DNA of 64,000 bases from Aureliella sp. (GTDB lineage: Bacteria; Planctomycetota; Planctomycetia; Pirellulales; Pirellulaceae). Below the pieces are notes generated by a model. It made no database searches, was not told the DNA's origin, and saw only the letters and a list, made by a program, of their open reading frames with translations. This document shows positions 38,760-49,524 of the stretch, in pieces; positions within the stretch are counted from its first letter, which is position 1; each line of letters opens with the position of its first letter. Made by a program: the position numbers and the translations under genes. The stretch covers positions 3,648,001 to 3,712,000 of the forward strand of contig OY829846.1 in NCBI GenBank assembly GCA_963691875.1. Direction: 5' to 3'.

Positions 38760-39385
38760 AGTACCATCGGTTGCGGAGCTCTATCCAAGCGGCGTCCCGC
38801 AGCAACTTGATTATCTCAATATCGCTGCTTCGGAGTTGCTCGCGCGAAGCGCGGCACTGTTTCCTGATCACATCGTGGCTGAATTCTTACAACGCGAGTT
38901 CTCCTACCAATAGATAGATCGAGCTGCAGTGAAACTGGCTGCTTGGCTGCACGCTCGTGACTTGCACTCCTATAGGATGCCTGCAATGCTGGCAGCGCTG
39001 AACCAACGAGTGAGAGTTCACCGCGGCTGTAATCCCTTCGACTTGAGTTCCCTTAAGTGGGTCATCTCGGGAGTTGCAGCTTTGCCAGCTGGAGTTAGCT
39101 CTGAGTTTGCCCATCACAGCGGTGCACAAGTCGTCGAAGGTTACGGGCTACCAGAGGCGTCGCCCGTAACACATGTCGGTCCGCTGGAGAGGTCGGCGAG
39201 CTTTTGATTCGCGCCCTGCAGTTCATGCTTGGCTACTGGAAAAACGAGCAAACGACGGCGCAGATCATGCAAAATGGCTGGTTTAGAACCGGTGACTCAG
39301 CGCAATGCAACAGTCGAGGCTTCCATCAGATCTTAGATCGCAAAAAGGATCTCATCATCACTTCCATCTTTCATGTTTATCCGAC
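38760..39385 (+). pseudogene. Long-chain fatty-acid-CoA ligase (FadD-like) remnant
   Basis: Fragments YPSGVPQQLDY...FSYQ*IDRAA..LAAWL, SSLKWVISG.AALP, EGYGLPEASPVTH, MLGYWKN, GWFRTGD and DRKKDLII...VYP. The TGGTTG AMP-binding signature is deleted, and stops and frameshifts are present. Confidence 0.85.
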
Positions 39386-40498
39386 CAAGAAACTGAGCAG
39401 TTTCAGATTAAGCAATATGGTCTTCACGCGCTGAAAAACGCTCACAACCAAGGTTTAGTCTTCCGCGATTTTGTGGTTCTGCAGAGAACTTACTTGAGCC
39501 AGCGATGGGAGATGGCCTTACCACTGCCTATCACGAACTCAACCTCGGACGCGTTTCACTGTGCGCCAACGCAGCAGGCACGATGCGCATGATGCTGGCC
39601 AACATTTTCCCTTGGGCAGGCTACCGTAAGACTTACGGGGAATCCATTGTGCGTCGAGAGCTCGCCGGACATATTGTTGCTTGTGATACTTTCACTGAAT
39701 AGTGCACGAATTTGCTTGATATGGGGTAATCGCGGTGAGATGGGGTGCATCATCGCCAAAATCTTCGTTAGCGAAGTGCAAAAATACGCGGCCATCGAGT
39801 TGATGATGAAGACACATGTTGGACGTTCGTTCTTACATGGTCTTCTATTCGAGGAAAACGTGCACGAGTTCCTAGCACCTTGCGTTTACCGAGGGGAAGG
39901 AGAAATGCTCGGCATGGCGTTCTTCAAATCGCTCGTGAAGGCGCATGGTAAAGAATACTTTGAACCGATAGGACGAATACTATTTGCAGCTGGCATCAAG
40001 CAGCCAAATCCATTCAATCCTCTAACTGCATGGATGTTGTAAGGTCCGATGTTGCAGTATGTCAAATGGATGGCGGGCATGTGAATAATGAGACAGCAGA
40101 GTCCCCGATTCGCCGATTTGCTCCACGAACTGAAAAAGCATGCTACGTTTGCATGCGATTTTCTGTCGACTCAGTGTTTCTAAATTTCGGGCACGATGCG
40201 AACTCACCAGCGCAAGCTGGCCGATCGTCAATGCTCGATGAGCTTCCTCGTGCAGCGAATCCAAGATGCCTTGGTCATGCTTTGCACCAGTCTTTACGCT
40301 GCTCGCAACGCTGACGAGACAACACAACTTGCGGGCGAAATAGCCAGTGACGATTTGTATCGTCGTTTGACAGGCAAACTCCCAGACAACCGTGACTTTC
40401 GACAAGTTACGCAGTTGGGTGCTTGGATTGCAGAAGAGGGATGGCAGGAAACCGATGGAGTAGAACCAGATCCCATCATGATGCGATATTCACCATGA
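39385..40498 (+). pseudogene. Acyl-CoA dehydrogenase remnant (C-terminal half only)
   Basis: Fragments in several frames: [76 protein letters not shown] and MRTHQRKLADRQC.M. It ends at 40498, overlapping the patatin start (ATGA). Confidence 0.8.
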
Positions 40499-41463
40499 TT
40501 TTGAGGAGCGGTATGCAACTGACGCGAGAACGTGGACAGCTTTCGGCTTCGGTGGCCTTGGGGGGAGGCGGCGCGCGAGGCGTTTCGCATATCGGTGCGT
40601 TACGAGCCATCTTGGAATCTGGCTTCCGCATCGACCGTATAGTGGGTACGAGCATTGGCAGCCTTGCAGGCTCAATCTACGCGACAAACCCAAATATCGC
40701 TGACTGTACCGCATCGACCATCGACTACTTGGAGTCAAAAGAGTTTCAGACCAAGCAAGCGTCGCTTTACGGAGCACATCCGACCAACAGCGGCTCGGGT
40801 CAGTCTGGAGTCCTGGCCTGGTACGATCGCATCAAGTCCTTTCTTTGGGCTCGTAGCTTGCTGACTCGTTTGTTCACCCGTCGTGCATTGTTGAAAGCGA
40901 ACTTCCTTCACCAGATCGTCGCGGCTCTCGTGCCAGACATTGACATCGCTGACTGCCCGGTACCAATGAGCATCATCACCGTGGATCTCAAGTCCGGTGA
41001 ACAGATTGTTCTCGAGCAAGGATCGCTTCGCAAGGCAATCGTCGCTTCGGCATCCATCCCTGGAGTCTTTCCTCCGGTAGAATGGGAGAACATGCTGCTC
41101 TGCGATTTTGGTGTGCTCGACTCGTTGCCAACTGCAGTTGCTAGCAGCTTCTACTCAGATGTGACAATCGGAGTCGATGTTGGCCCGACACTATCTCCGG
41201 TCGATGACTGCGAATCAGGCTTGCACGTTCTCTTGCGAATGGACGAGATCGGTGAGAGTCTGATTCGTTCTCGCTCGCTTGAGTTAGCCGACGTTTTGAT
41301 ACGTCCTGAAGTCGGGCAATTCCAGTGGTTTGACTTCTCGCAGCCACGCGAAATGATTGACTCTGGACTCAATGCTGGCCGTGACTCGATGGAATCTGCT
41401 GGCTATTTCGCCTGTGAATCCGTAGCCCGCGAATCCGAAATGTCGTTGGCGCAACAGGCTTAG
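40495..41463 (+). CDS. Patatin-like phospholipase
   Basis: GGGGARG oxyanion motif, GTSIG nucleophile motif, ASASIPGVFPPV and CDFG (a DGG variant). Confidence 0.9.
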   Translation: MILRSGMQLTRERGQLSASVALGGGGARGVSHIGALRAILESGFRIDRIVGTSIGSLAGSIYATNPNIADCTASTIDYLESKEFQTKQASLYGAHPTNSGSGQSGVLAWYDRIKSFLWARSLLTRLFTRRALLKANFLHQIVAALVPDIDIADCPVPMSIITVDLKSGEQIVLEQGSLRKAIVASASIPGVFPPVEWENMLLCDFGVLDSLPTAVASSFYSDVTIGVDVGPTLSPVDDCESGLHVLLRMDEIGESLIRSRSLELADVLIRPEVGQFQWFDFSQPREMIDSGLNAGRDSMESAGYFACESVARESEMSLAQQA

Positions 41464-41740
41464 CAATCTGCGGTCGTTGTACCGGTGTTACATGCGTGAT
41501 GATGCAAACTGAAGCAGTCGATATCGACTCCGATCACGAAGCGCATAGGCCATTCTGCTCTTGAATTTTCGTATGAAAGAACTCGACACGCTATTGAGCG
41601 GGAGCCGTCCCACGCTCACTCTATGCACCCTTCAACGCCATGGCAGCGGAGAGCCTCGCTCCGCTTTAGAGAAGTCTTTACCACCTTTTATCGCCGTGAT
41701 TCTGTAGACCGCGAGTTCATTTCTCTTTTTGGCAGATACC

Positions 41741-42070
41741 TTAGCTCTGTTCAGCAGTTGGTCGAGGCGCACGGCTCTTGCCGACAAAATAACCGACGAC
41801 GAGCCCGACGATCATGGCGGGTATGCCGGTGCACAGGGAAGAAATGATAGCTAGAAACCAAGCCCATGAAGCTGCCTGGGCCTCAGTTACGGTTTGCTCG
41901 ACCGTGAAGTCCGCGGTGCCAAATTCATCTGCTCCTTCAGGTAACTCGATATCAATGCTCGGTGGACTGACGTCTTGTGCGAGGGCAGGTGCCGTGAGCT
42001 GAAAACAGAGGCTAAGGCAAAAGCAAACCAACAAACTCAACAACAGCAACTTCGACTTCTCGTTGGTCAT
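41741..42070 (-). CDS. Small membrane protein (signal peptide + C-terminal TM segment)
   Basis: AGGAGAAGG RBS-like sequence upstream, signal peptide ending ALA-QD, acidic linker and hydrophobic C-terminal helices. Confidence 0.6.
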   Translation of the reverse strand: MTNEKSKLLLLSLLVCFCLSLCFQLTAPALAQDVSPPSIDIELPEGADEFGTADFTVEQTVTEAQAASWAWFLAIISSLCTGIPAMIVGLVVGYFVGKSRAPRPTAEQS

Positions 42071-42429
42071 TTCCTTCTCCTACCTTTCACATCCACTGAA
42101 TTGCTCCAATGCAAATCGGTGGAAGGTACTGCGTCCTTGGATTTCGATGCCTTTCCCTCGAGAGCAGTTTAAATCAGCTGAACTGTCTTGGGCATGGCAC
42201 CGATGAAAACACTGTGGCGAGTAAACTCACAACCCAGCGATGCATTCTAGGGTAAGTGGATAGCTCACAGCTACCTCGACTGCCCCGCGCAAGAAGGTCT
42301 CGCGCCTCCGTGCTATACTCCCTATCGAAACGATTCCTCGGCGAAAATTGGCTAAGTTGCTGAATTTTCTTGAATCTGAGGCCTTTTGACCCCAGCAAGC
42401 TTAACTTTCGAGCGGATTAGCGCTAGCCC

Positions 42430-44337
42430 ATGTGTGGTATCACCGGTGGAATGTGGTTGGACGAAGCGAAAGCGATCCCACCCGCATTGCTGGACAAAAT
42501 GGTGGATTCGCTTGTGCATCGAGGCCCCGACGATCGTGGCACGCATCTCCAGCCGCTCGCTCGGGATGCTGCTGGACTGGTGCCTGGCGTGGCACTCGGC
42601 TTCCGCCGGCTTTCGATCATCGATCTCGCTGGCGGTCACCAGCCGCTGAGCAATGAAGACGGTTCGATCTGGATGGTCTTCAATGGCGAGATCTATAACT
42701 ATCGCGATCTGCGTCGAAGACTCGAAGGCTCCGGCCATCAGTTTCGCAGCGATAGCGACTCTGAAACCATAGTCCACCTCTACGAAGATTTGGGCACGGA
42801 TTGTTTCGCGCACCTGAACGGTATGTTTGCCATTGCGATCTGGGATGGCATCAAAAAGCAGCTCATCCTCGCTCGCGACCGACTCGGCAAGAAACCTGTC
42901 TTCTACCAGTATCGCGACGGCCAGTTGCTTTTCGGCAGCGAAGTCAAGTCACTGGCCGAGTGCGAAACTTTCGACCGTTCGATTTCGCCGGCTGCAATCG
43001 ACCAGTATTTGACTTATCAGTACGTGCCGCATCCTGGCTCGATCTACGAGCACACGGCTAAAGTCCCTCCGGGGCACTTTGCTGTTTTTGGCGAGCAAGG
43101 CATGTCGGTCCGAAATTACTGGGATTTCGATTTCGGTGTCGAGAAGGACATCAGTGAGCAAGAAGCCTGCAAGCAGTTGGATCACCTGTTGCGTGATTCG
43201 ATCGAGTTACGCTTGCGAAGCGACGTGCCGCTTGGAGCATTCTTGTCTGGCGGCGTCGACTCTTCACTAATCGTTGCGCTAGCGCAACAGCAGCTCGATC
43301 AGCCTATTCACTCTTTTAGCATTGGTTTCAACGAAGCCGATTTTGACGAGACGGAGTATGCTCAGCAGGTTGCAAGTTGGGCGAAGACAGAGCACCACGA
43401 ATACAAAGTCACACCGGACGCAGTTTCGATCCTGGACCAGCTCGTCTGGCACTACGACGAGCCCTTTGGCGATAGCTCAGCCATTCCGACTTGGTACCTT
43501 TGCCAGTGGACTCGCCAGCATGTGACGGTAGCGCTCAGTGGTGATGGAGGCGATGAGCTGTTCGCGGGCTACGATCGCTATCGAGCATTGAAACTTAGCC
43601 GATGGTTCGACACGGTGATCCCAGCTGGACCGATTCTCGGGAGTCGATTTGTGCAAGGCTTGCGTACGCCGACCAAGCAGCGTTCCTTCATCCGACGATT
43701 GCAAAGGTTCGGAGAAGCTCTCAATCAGCCCATGGCACGCCGGTTCATGAATTGGCTACAGATCTTTCCAGAGCGCATTCGAGCGGATCTGTACTCAGAC
43801 TCCTTCGTAGAAAAACTGCCGAACGAAGATCCCGTCGAATTCTTTGAACAGGCTTGGAAGGGCATTGGGGACCGCGACTTAGTAAGCCAAGCTTCGCTAT
43901 CAGACCTCGTAACTTACTTGCCATGTGACTTGATGAACAAAGTGGACATTGCATCAATGGCGCACAGCCTGGAGTGCCGGCAACCGTTCTTGGACTATCG
44001 ATTGGTGGAGTTCGCGGCGAGCTTGCCTGCGAAACTGAAACACCGCGGCGCTCGCGGCAAGAGAATCTTGCAGAGTGCCTTTCATAAAATGCTACCGAGG
44101 CAGATTTGGCATCGGCGCAAGATGGGCTTTGGCGTCCCGCTTGGCAGCTGGTTCAAAAACGAGCTGAAAGAACTTACTACCAACCGATTGCTTGACACCG
44201 ACGCTCGCTGTCATGCAATGTTCCGGCCAGATTCACTCAAGAACATTTTGGATCAGCACATGGATGGCCGAGTGAATCATACCTATCGATTGTGGAATCT
44301 GCTGGTGCTAGAGTCCTGGCTTCGCCGATGGACATAG
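42430..44337 (+). CDS. asnB: Asparagine synthase (glutamine-hydrolysing) family amidotransferase
   Basis: N-terminal MCGI, HRGPDD, RRLSIIDL, FNGEIYN, LSGGVDSS, SGDGGDELFAGY and KVDIASMAHSLE.R.PFLD. Confidence 0.93.
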   Translation: MCGITGGMWLDEAKAIPPALLDKMVDSLVHRGPDDRGTHLQPLARDAAGLVPGVALGFRRLSIIDLAGGHQPLSNEDGSIWMVFNGEIYNYRDLRRRLEGSGHQFRSDSDSETIVHLYEDLGTDCFAHLNGMFAIAIWDGIKKQLILARDRLGKKPVFYQYRDGQLLFGSEVKSLAECETFDRSISPAAIDQYLTYQYVPHPGSIYEHTAKVPPGHFAVFGEQGMSVRNYWDFDFGVEKDISEQEACKQLDHLLRDSIELRLRSDVPLGAFLSGGVDSSLIVALAQQQLDQPIHSFSIGFNEADFDETEYAQQVASWAKTEHHEYKVTPDAVSILDQLVWHYDEPFGDSSAIPTWYLCQWTRQHVTVALSGDGGDELFAGYDRYRALKLSRWFDTVIPAGPILGSRFVQGLRTPTKQRSFIRRLQRFGEALNQPMARRFMNWLQIFPERIRADLYSDSFVEKLPNEDPVEFFEQAWKGIGDRDLVSQASLSDLVTYLPCDLMNKVDIASMAHSLECRQPFLDYRLVEFAASLPAKLKHRGARGKRILQSAFHKMLPRQIWHRRKMGFGVPLGSWFKNELKELTTNRLLDTDARCHAMFRPDSLKNILDQHMDGRVNHTYRLWNLLVLESWLRRWT

Positions 44338-44399
44338 AAGGCGGGGCGAAATACCGAAGCCAGATAAACAAAGGCGTTAAAAACACCCTCAGAAGGGAC

Positions 44400-44425
44400 A
44401 GGGGGCATTCATGCTCCCCCTTTTG
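44400..44425 (+). terminator. Possible intrinsic terminator after asnB
   Basis: AGGGGGCA-TTCA-TGCTCCCCCT stem-loop followed by a short T-run. Confidence 0.4.
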
Positions 44426-44541
44426 CACCTTTCGAGATTCACCTCACCTAGCAGAAGTGGTAAGCTGTCGCCCGAGGGCTAGGCGGTTATTAAACTGAGT
44501 CGTTACCACCGAAGAAAGATCTCATCAGAAACGGAACTTCG

Positions 44542-45816
44542 ATGTTGAGAAACACCACAGCCGTCGTACTTGCTGGTGGCAAAGGAACACGATTAGAACC
44601 GCTCACTTTGGATCGAGCCAAACCTGCGGTGCCATTCGGCGGCGGCTATCGAATCGTCGACTTTGTGCTCTCCAACGCCATCAATTCCGGATTGCGTCGG
44701 ATGCTGGTTCTGACCCAGTACAAAGCCCTCAGTCTCGATCGGCATATCAATCTCGGTTGGCGACCGTACTTCGCGGCGGAGCTTGGTGAATGTCTGGACG
44801 TGGTGCCACCTCAACAGAGAATCGATGAGCACTGGTATCAAGGCACAGCAGACGCCGTCTACCAAAACATCTTTGTCATCGAGAAAGATCGTCCCGAGTA
44901 TGTTCTGATCCTAGCCGGTGACCACATCTACAAGATGAATTATTTGTCGATGATTCAATTCCATCAAGAGATGGAAGCCGATCTGACAGTCGGGGCTTTG
45001 ACCGTCTCACGCGACGAGGCCAAACAATTCGGCGTCATCCAAGTCAACAACCAAAATCAGATCGTTGGCTTTGAAGAAAAGCCCGACGAGCCCAAGTGCA
45101 TTCCTGGCGACGAGAGCCGCAGCTTTGCATCGATGGGCATCTACGTGTTCAAAGCTCGATTCTTGTTCGAACAACTTTGCCGTGATGCGACCGAACCTGG
45201 GTCCAAGCATGATTTTGGAATGAATATCATTCCATCGATCATTGATTCGCACCGCGTTTTTGCGTTCCCGTTTCGCGACGAAAACCGTAAAACTCAGGCT
45301 TACTGGCGCGATGTCGGAACCATCGACGCATACTACGATGCCAATATGGATTTGATTGAGGTCGAACCCGAACTCAATCTTTACGATCAGAACTGGCCGA
45401 TCCGCACGCTACAGCCTAACTTACCTCCGCCGAAGTTCGTGTTCGGCAGCGACGGAGATCCAGAGCGACGCGGAACGGCTATAGACAGCATCGTATGTCC
45501 TGGGACCATTGTCTCTGGCGGTCGAGTGCAACGAAGCGTCGTCAGCCCCAATGTGCGAATTAACAGCTACGCGTCCGTTGAGGAAAGCATCATTTTCCAA
45601 GGCGTTGATATAGGTCGCCGAGCGCGAGTTCGACGAGCCATCATAGACAAAGGCGTTCGAATTCCACCCGGAATGGAAATCGGTTTCGACTTAGAACTAG
45701 ATCGTCGCCGTGGATTCTCAGTGAGCCCGAACGGCATCGTCGTCATCTCTAAAAACGATTCGCCATCTGCCGAAGGCATCGTCTATCCCGAAGAAGCAAG
45801 TCTCTCATTACCTTAG
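44542..45816 (+). CDS. glgC: Glucose-1-phosphate adenylyltransferase
   Basis: LAGGKGTRLEPLT..RAKPAVPFGG.YR, WYQGTADAV, ILAGDHIYKMNY, FEEKP, ASMGIY and YWRDVGT. Confidence 0.97.
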   Translation: MLRNTTAVVLAGGKGTRLEPLTLDRAKPAVPFGGGYRIVDFVLSNAINSGLRRMLVLTQYKALSLDRHINLGWRPYFAAELGECLDVVPPQQRIDEHWYQGTADAVYQNIFVIEKDRPEYVLILAGDHIYKMNYLSMIQFHQEMEADLTVGALTVSRDEAKQFGVIQVNNQNQIVGFEEKPDEPKCIPGDESRSFASMGIYVFKARFLFEQLCRDATEPGSKHDFGMNIIPSIIDSHRVFAFPFRDENRKTQAYWRDVGTIDAYYDANMDLIEVEPELNLYDQNWPIRTLQPNLPPPKFVFGSDGDPERRGTAIDSIVCPGTIVSGGRVQRSVVSPNVRINSYASVEESIIFQGVDIGRRARVRRAIIDKGVRIPPGMEIGFDLELDRRRGFSVSPNGIVVISKNDSPSAEGIVYPEEASLSLP

Positions 45817-45832
45817 CTCCTTGAGAGGAAGC

Positions 45833-46243
45833 TCAAGATAGCTTCCAGCCATAGGCGCGTTGGAGAATCTTTTCGACGGTGCCCGTGAGGTCTCGGAGGG
45901 TGAATGGCTTGGAGAGCATCGAAGCGGTATCGAGCAGCTCTGCTTGCTGGACGATTCGCTCATCGAACTTGGCACTCATCAAGATGCAGGGCAGCGAGAC
46001 CTCTGCTTCTTGCCGGATCTGCTCAAGAGCTTGGATTCCAGAGAGTCTTGGCATGTGTACGTCAAGTAGCACGAGATGCAGCACACTGGTCGACTGCACG
46101 ATCTCAACGGCTTCAAAGCCATCGGCAGCCAGCCGAGTCGTGTACCCACGACGCGTAAACACCTCACTCAGCGACTCACGAAAATCGCGGTCGTCATCGG
46201 CGATAAGTAAATTTGGCTCGGTGGATTGCATTCGACGTTCCAT
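45833..46243 (-). CDS. Single-domain response regulator (CheY-like receiver)
   Basis: LLIADDD, LLDVHMPRLSG (phospho-Asp), ILMSA and SKPF. Confidence 0.9.
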   Translation of the reverse strand: MERRMQSTEPNLLIADDDRDFRESLSEVFTRRGYTTRLAADGFEAVEIVQSTSVLHLVLLDVHMPRLSGIQALEQIRQEAEVSLPCILMSAKFDERIVQQAELLDTASMLSKPFTLRDLTGTVEKILQRAYGWKLS

Positions 46244-46716
46244 GCGAAGGCTTCCCAGGCAATGGACCGACCAAGTGAGTATTGATTGCCAAACGCGGAT
46301 CCGTTCCACGCTGACAACCATCCCTTGACTTGCACTAGGTTGCTCAGTAACTCATTCGAGCTGCACACGGCCAGATCGATTTCAATGCCAGCTAACTTGG
46401 CTGACTGCTAAAATGCTTGCCAAGATTACGCTGAAATGCAGCTATTACATATTATGGCTGTGCTGGTGCAGCAATGGAAGTCGGTGGCTAAAGGGCTCAC
46501 CTGGGAATTTGCCCGCGTCCAGTTCGAGTTCCTTAAGGTTGCAGCTGCGATGGGGCAGAGTCGTGGAGAGCCCAAGAAGACCGGCGTCTAAAGTTTGGTC
46601 GTTAATAGATTTCTACTCTGTCGCCGGCGCTCAGTGTTTGTATTAGAACTTCTTGCGAAGCTCAGTGCGTTTTTTCTGGTCAAGGTTTTTCTGCTTAAGG
46701 TCTACTCAGCGTGTCG

Positions 46717-47487
46717 ATGGAACAGTGTGACGCGATCATTCTGCGGGTTTATCCATGGAGTGAGACGAGTTGCGTCGCCACAATTTTGACTCGAAGCCAA
46801 GGCAAAATCGCGGCTTTGGCCAAAGGGGCGAGACGCCCGAAAAGTCCGTTTGAAGCTGCACTTGACCTGCTTTCCGTCTGTCGCGTAGTGTTCATCGCTA
46901 AGTCTGCCGACAGCCTGGATATCCTGACTGAAGCCAAGCTTCGACGCCGATTTCGGATTGGCGCTAAGGATCTGCTGCGACTGTACTGTGGGTACTATGT
47001 GGCCGAGTTGCTGGATCGCTTGACGGAGAAAGGGGAGCAACATCCTCAAATCTTCGATTTAGCCCTATGCACCTTGGACAATTTGGAGCGAGAAGAGTTA
47101 GAACCGCGAGCGATCATCTTGCGATTCGAGCTGCAAATCTTGCGAGAATTGGGACACCTTCCCACTTGGGATCGGTGTGCACAATGCGGTTGTTTACTGT
47201 GGGAGGTAGATTCAGAGCCGGAAGATTCGTGGACTTTGTTCAGCACTTTTTCGGGCGGCGTGCTATGTCAGCATTGCCGTTCTGGTGCAAGACAAATCCT
47301 CCGCATTCATCGCTCTGTTCAATCCTTGCTGATTCGTTTCAGTCATCCCGACTGGGAGGCGATTGATGTGAGTCAGCTGGAGTCAAAGCATCATGAAGTG
47401 ATTCGAAAGCTGATGATGCGATACTTTACCTACCTGATGGACAGCCCCATCAAACTACAAAACTACTTAGAGGAGCTTGGGCGTTGA
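46717..47487 (+). CDS. recO: DNA repair protein RecO
   Basis: AIILR..PWSETS, G..AALAKGARR.KS, FEL..LRELGH.P and the zinc finger CAQC...GG.LC..C. Confidence 0.93.
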   Translation: MEQCDAIILRVYPWSETSCVATILTRSQGKIAALAKGARRPKSPFEAALDLLSVCRVVFIAKSADSLDILTEAKLRRRFRIGAKDLLRLYCGYYVAELLDRLTEKGEQHPQIFDLALCTLDNLEREELEPRAIILRFELQILRELGHLPTWDRCAQCGCLLWEVDSEPEDSWTLFSTFSGGVLCQHCRSGARQILRIHRSVQSLLIRFSHPDWEAIDVSQLESKHHEVIRKLMMRYFTYLMDSPIKLQNYLEELGR

Positions 47488-48719
47488 CAGGGAAGTCCCC
47501 GCCAGGATCTCAAAACCAATTTACCTTCGTCCAACTTGCCATACTGCTGCTCCTGGGATGCAGTGCAAGTGGCTGTTCCATATTCACGCCCTATAAAAGC
47601 GCGATGACGGAGTACGAGGACGCAAAGTCAAACCTCGAAGGTCCAGCGAACGTGTATCGTCCAGAAGGCGTTTCAGCTGAGTCGGATTACTTCGCCGAAG
47701 GATTCTTGGACCGCATAGGAATTCGCTCCAAGCAACGGCGTGATGTATCTGCTGCTCGTGATCACTACAAGAAAGCGGACAATCTCTTCGCCCAAGCAAA
47801 AGAGCTGGAAGGTGACGAGCGGCGCAAGAAATTTCGCCATGCCGCAGACGAGTTTCAGTTGGCTGCGGAGAATTGGCAAAGTTCCGGTCTGGAGCAAGAT
47901 GCACTTTGGATGGCTGCAGAATCTCTGTTTTTCGCTGAAGACTACTATCAGGCGGAAGGACTCTACGCGGAACTCGTCAAGGAGTACCCCAAAAACCCCT
48001 ACTTGGATCGCGTCGACTCGCGAAGATTCACGATTGCTGATTACTGGCTGAACTACGACAACGTGAAGCCAACAAGTTTCATGGCGGTCAACTTCTCTGA
48101 CTACAAACGCCCCTGGAACGATACGCGCGGACACGCCAAGCGAATCTTGGAAACCGTTCGCATCGAGAACCCGACGGGCAAGGTTGGCGATGATGCCACG
48201 ATGCGATTGGCTATGGAGAGTTTCGAGAATCAAGACTACGAAGCTGCAGCCGACACCTTCGCTGACCTGCGGATGACCTATCCCGACAGCAGACACTTGT
48301 TCAATGCTCAATTACTTGAGTTGAAGAGTTTGATCGCTTCCTATCAAGGTTCGAACTATAGCAGTGTACCTATTACTGATGCATTGAAGCGAATAGAACA
48401 GATTCGTAAGCAATTTCCTCAGGAAGCCAAACAGCATCAAGACGACATTCAGCAAGCCTACGCAGAAGCTCGCTACTCAATGGCAGAACGGATCTGGGAA
48501 CAATCGAAATATCGTCGCGATCGTAGTGAATATGGCGCCGCCAGGTTCCACTACGAGAGGATCATTAAAGAGTATGGTGACACGCCATTCGCCGACCAAG
48601 CACGCGAGCAGCTGGCTCGTATCAAGGACAAGCCAGCGGTACCGCCACAGCGATTTAAGACTTTGGTTTGGCTGATGGGTGGCAGCACGGATGATCGGCC
48701 CTACAAGAATGATAAGTGA
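47484..48719 (+). CDS. bamD: TPR lipoprotein, BamD/YfiO-like outer-membrane assembly factor
   Basis: Lipobox-like SASGC, TPR helices (ALWMAAESLF, LVKEYP, A.FHY..II..Y.DT.FA). Overlaps the recO stop and precedes lptE. Confidence 0.65.
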   Translation: MTGKSPPGSQNQFTFVQLAILLLLGCSASGCSIFTPYKSAMTEYEDAKSNLEGPANVYRPEGVSAESDYFAEGFLDRIGIRSKQRRDVSAARDHYKKADNLFAQAKELEGDERRKKFRHAADEFQLAAENWQSSGLEQDALWMAAESLFFAEDYYQAEGLYAELVKEYPKNPYLDRVDSRRFTIADYWLNYDNVKPTSFMAVNFSDYKRPWNDTRGHAKRILETVRIENPTGKVGDDATMRLAMESFENQDYEAAADTFADLRMTYPDSRHLFNAQLLELKSLIASYQGSNYSSVPITDALKRIEQIRKQFPQEAKQHQDDIQQAYAEARYSMAERIWEQSKYRRDRSEYGAARFHYERIIKEYGDTPFADQAREQLARIKDKPAVPPQRFKTLVWLMGGSTDDRPYKNDK

Positions 48720-48931
48720 CTTAGCCGCTAGCAAAAGTCTTCAAGAATTCGACATCCGATATCAGCCGCTGGGCGTTAGCCTCGGATCTACTGCAAGATC
48801 ATATCCTGCCACGGATGCTGTGCTGGCGGCTCTGGACTCCTATTCGTACTTTCATCGAGTCGAGACAGACATTTGCCACCCTGCATCAACTCTCCTGGAA
48901 CCGGGGCTAACGCCTCGCAGCTGAAGACACC

Positions 48932-49483
48932 GTGACATCCCGAATTGCCAGCCCGAAATTCATGATTCGATGCCTCGGTATTGCAGTGATGGTGCTGGGA
49001 CTACCTAGTGGTTGCGCAAGGTACCAATTTGGGCATCAAAGCCTTTATGACACTTCGATTCGCACCATCTACATTCCGGTCGTGCGAAACGACACGTTTC
49101 GTCAAAGACTTGGTGTGCAGCTAACCGAAGCGTTGCAAAAGGCGGTTGAACTTCGCACTCCCTACAAAGTAGTCGCCAATCCAAGTGCCGACAGCACACT
49201 GACTTGTCGTGTGACTTCGCAATCAAAACGCGTCGTGGCGGAAACAAGTACGGATGAACCGCGAGCCGTTGAAGCATTGCTGACCGTAGAGCTCAGCTGG
49301 ACCGATCGGCAAGGCAACTTGTTGATGCAAAATCGTCCCGTCCCTGAGGGCGAGTTTGCATTCTACTTCGTGCAGGGCGTTGATTTCGTGCCAGAAGGCG
49401 GCCAAAGCATGGCCACCGCCCAGCAGCGAGTCGTCGAACGCCTCGCAGATCAAATTGTCAGCCAGATGGAATCTCGCTGGTAG
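48932..49483 (+). CDS. lptE: LPS assembly lipoprotein LptE
   Basis: Lipobox LPSGC, IRTIYIP...N.TFR..L..QLTEAL and C-terminal LADQIVSQME.RW. Confidence 0.8.
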   Translation: MTSRIASPKFMIRCLGIAVMVLGLPSGCARYQFGHQSLYDTSIRTIYIPVVRNDTFRQRLGVQLTEALQKAVELRTPYKVVANPSADSTLTCRVTSQSKRVVAETSTDEPRAVEALLTVELSWTDRQGNLLMQNRPVPEGEFAFYFVQGVDFVPEGGQSMATAQQRVVERLADQIVSQMESRW

Positions 49484-49524
49484 CAGCATTACCTGGTTCT
49501 TTAAAGCCTGTCCTACTCAAACGC

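Noticed and set aside
42430..45816. asnB as a lasso-peptide cyclase or part of a biosynthetic cluster
   Set aside because: It has an intact N-terminal Cys glutaminase domain, no precursor peptide, B protein or transporter nearby, and the neighbour is glgC.
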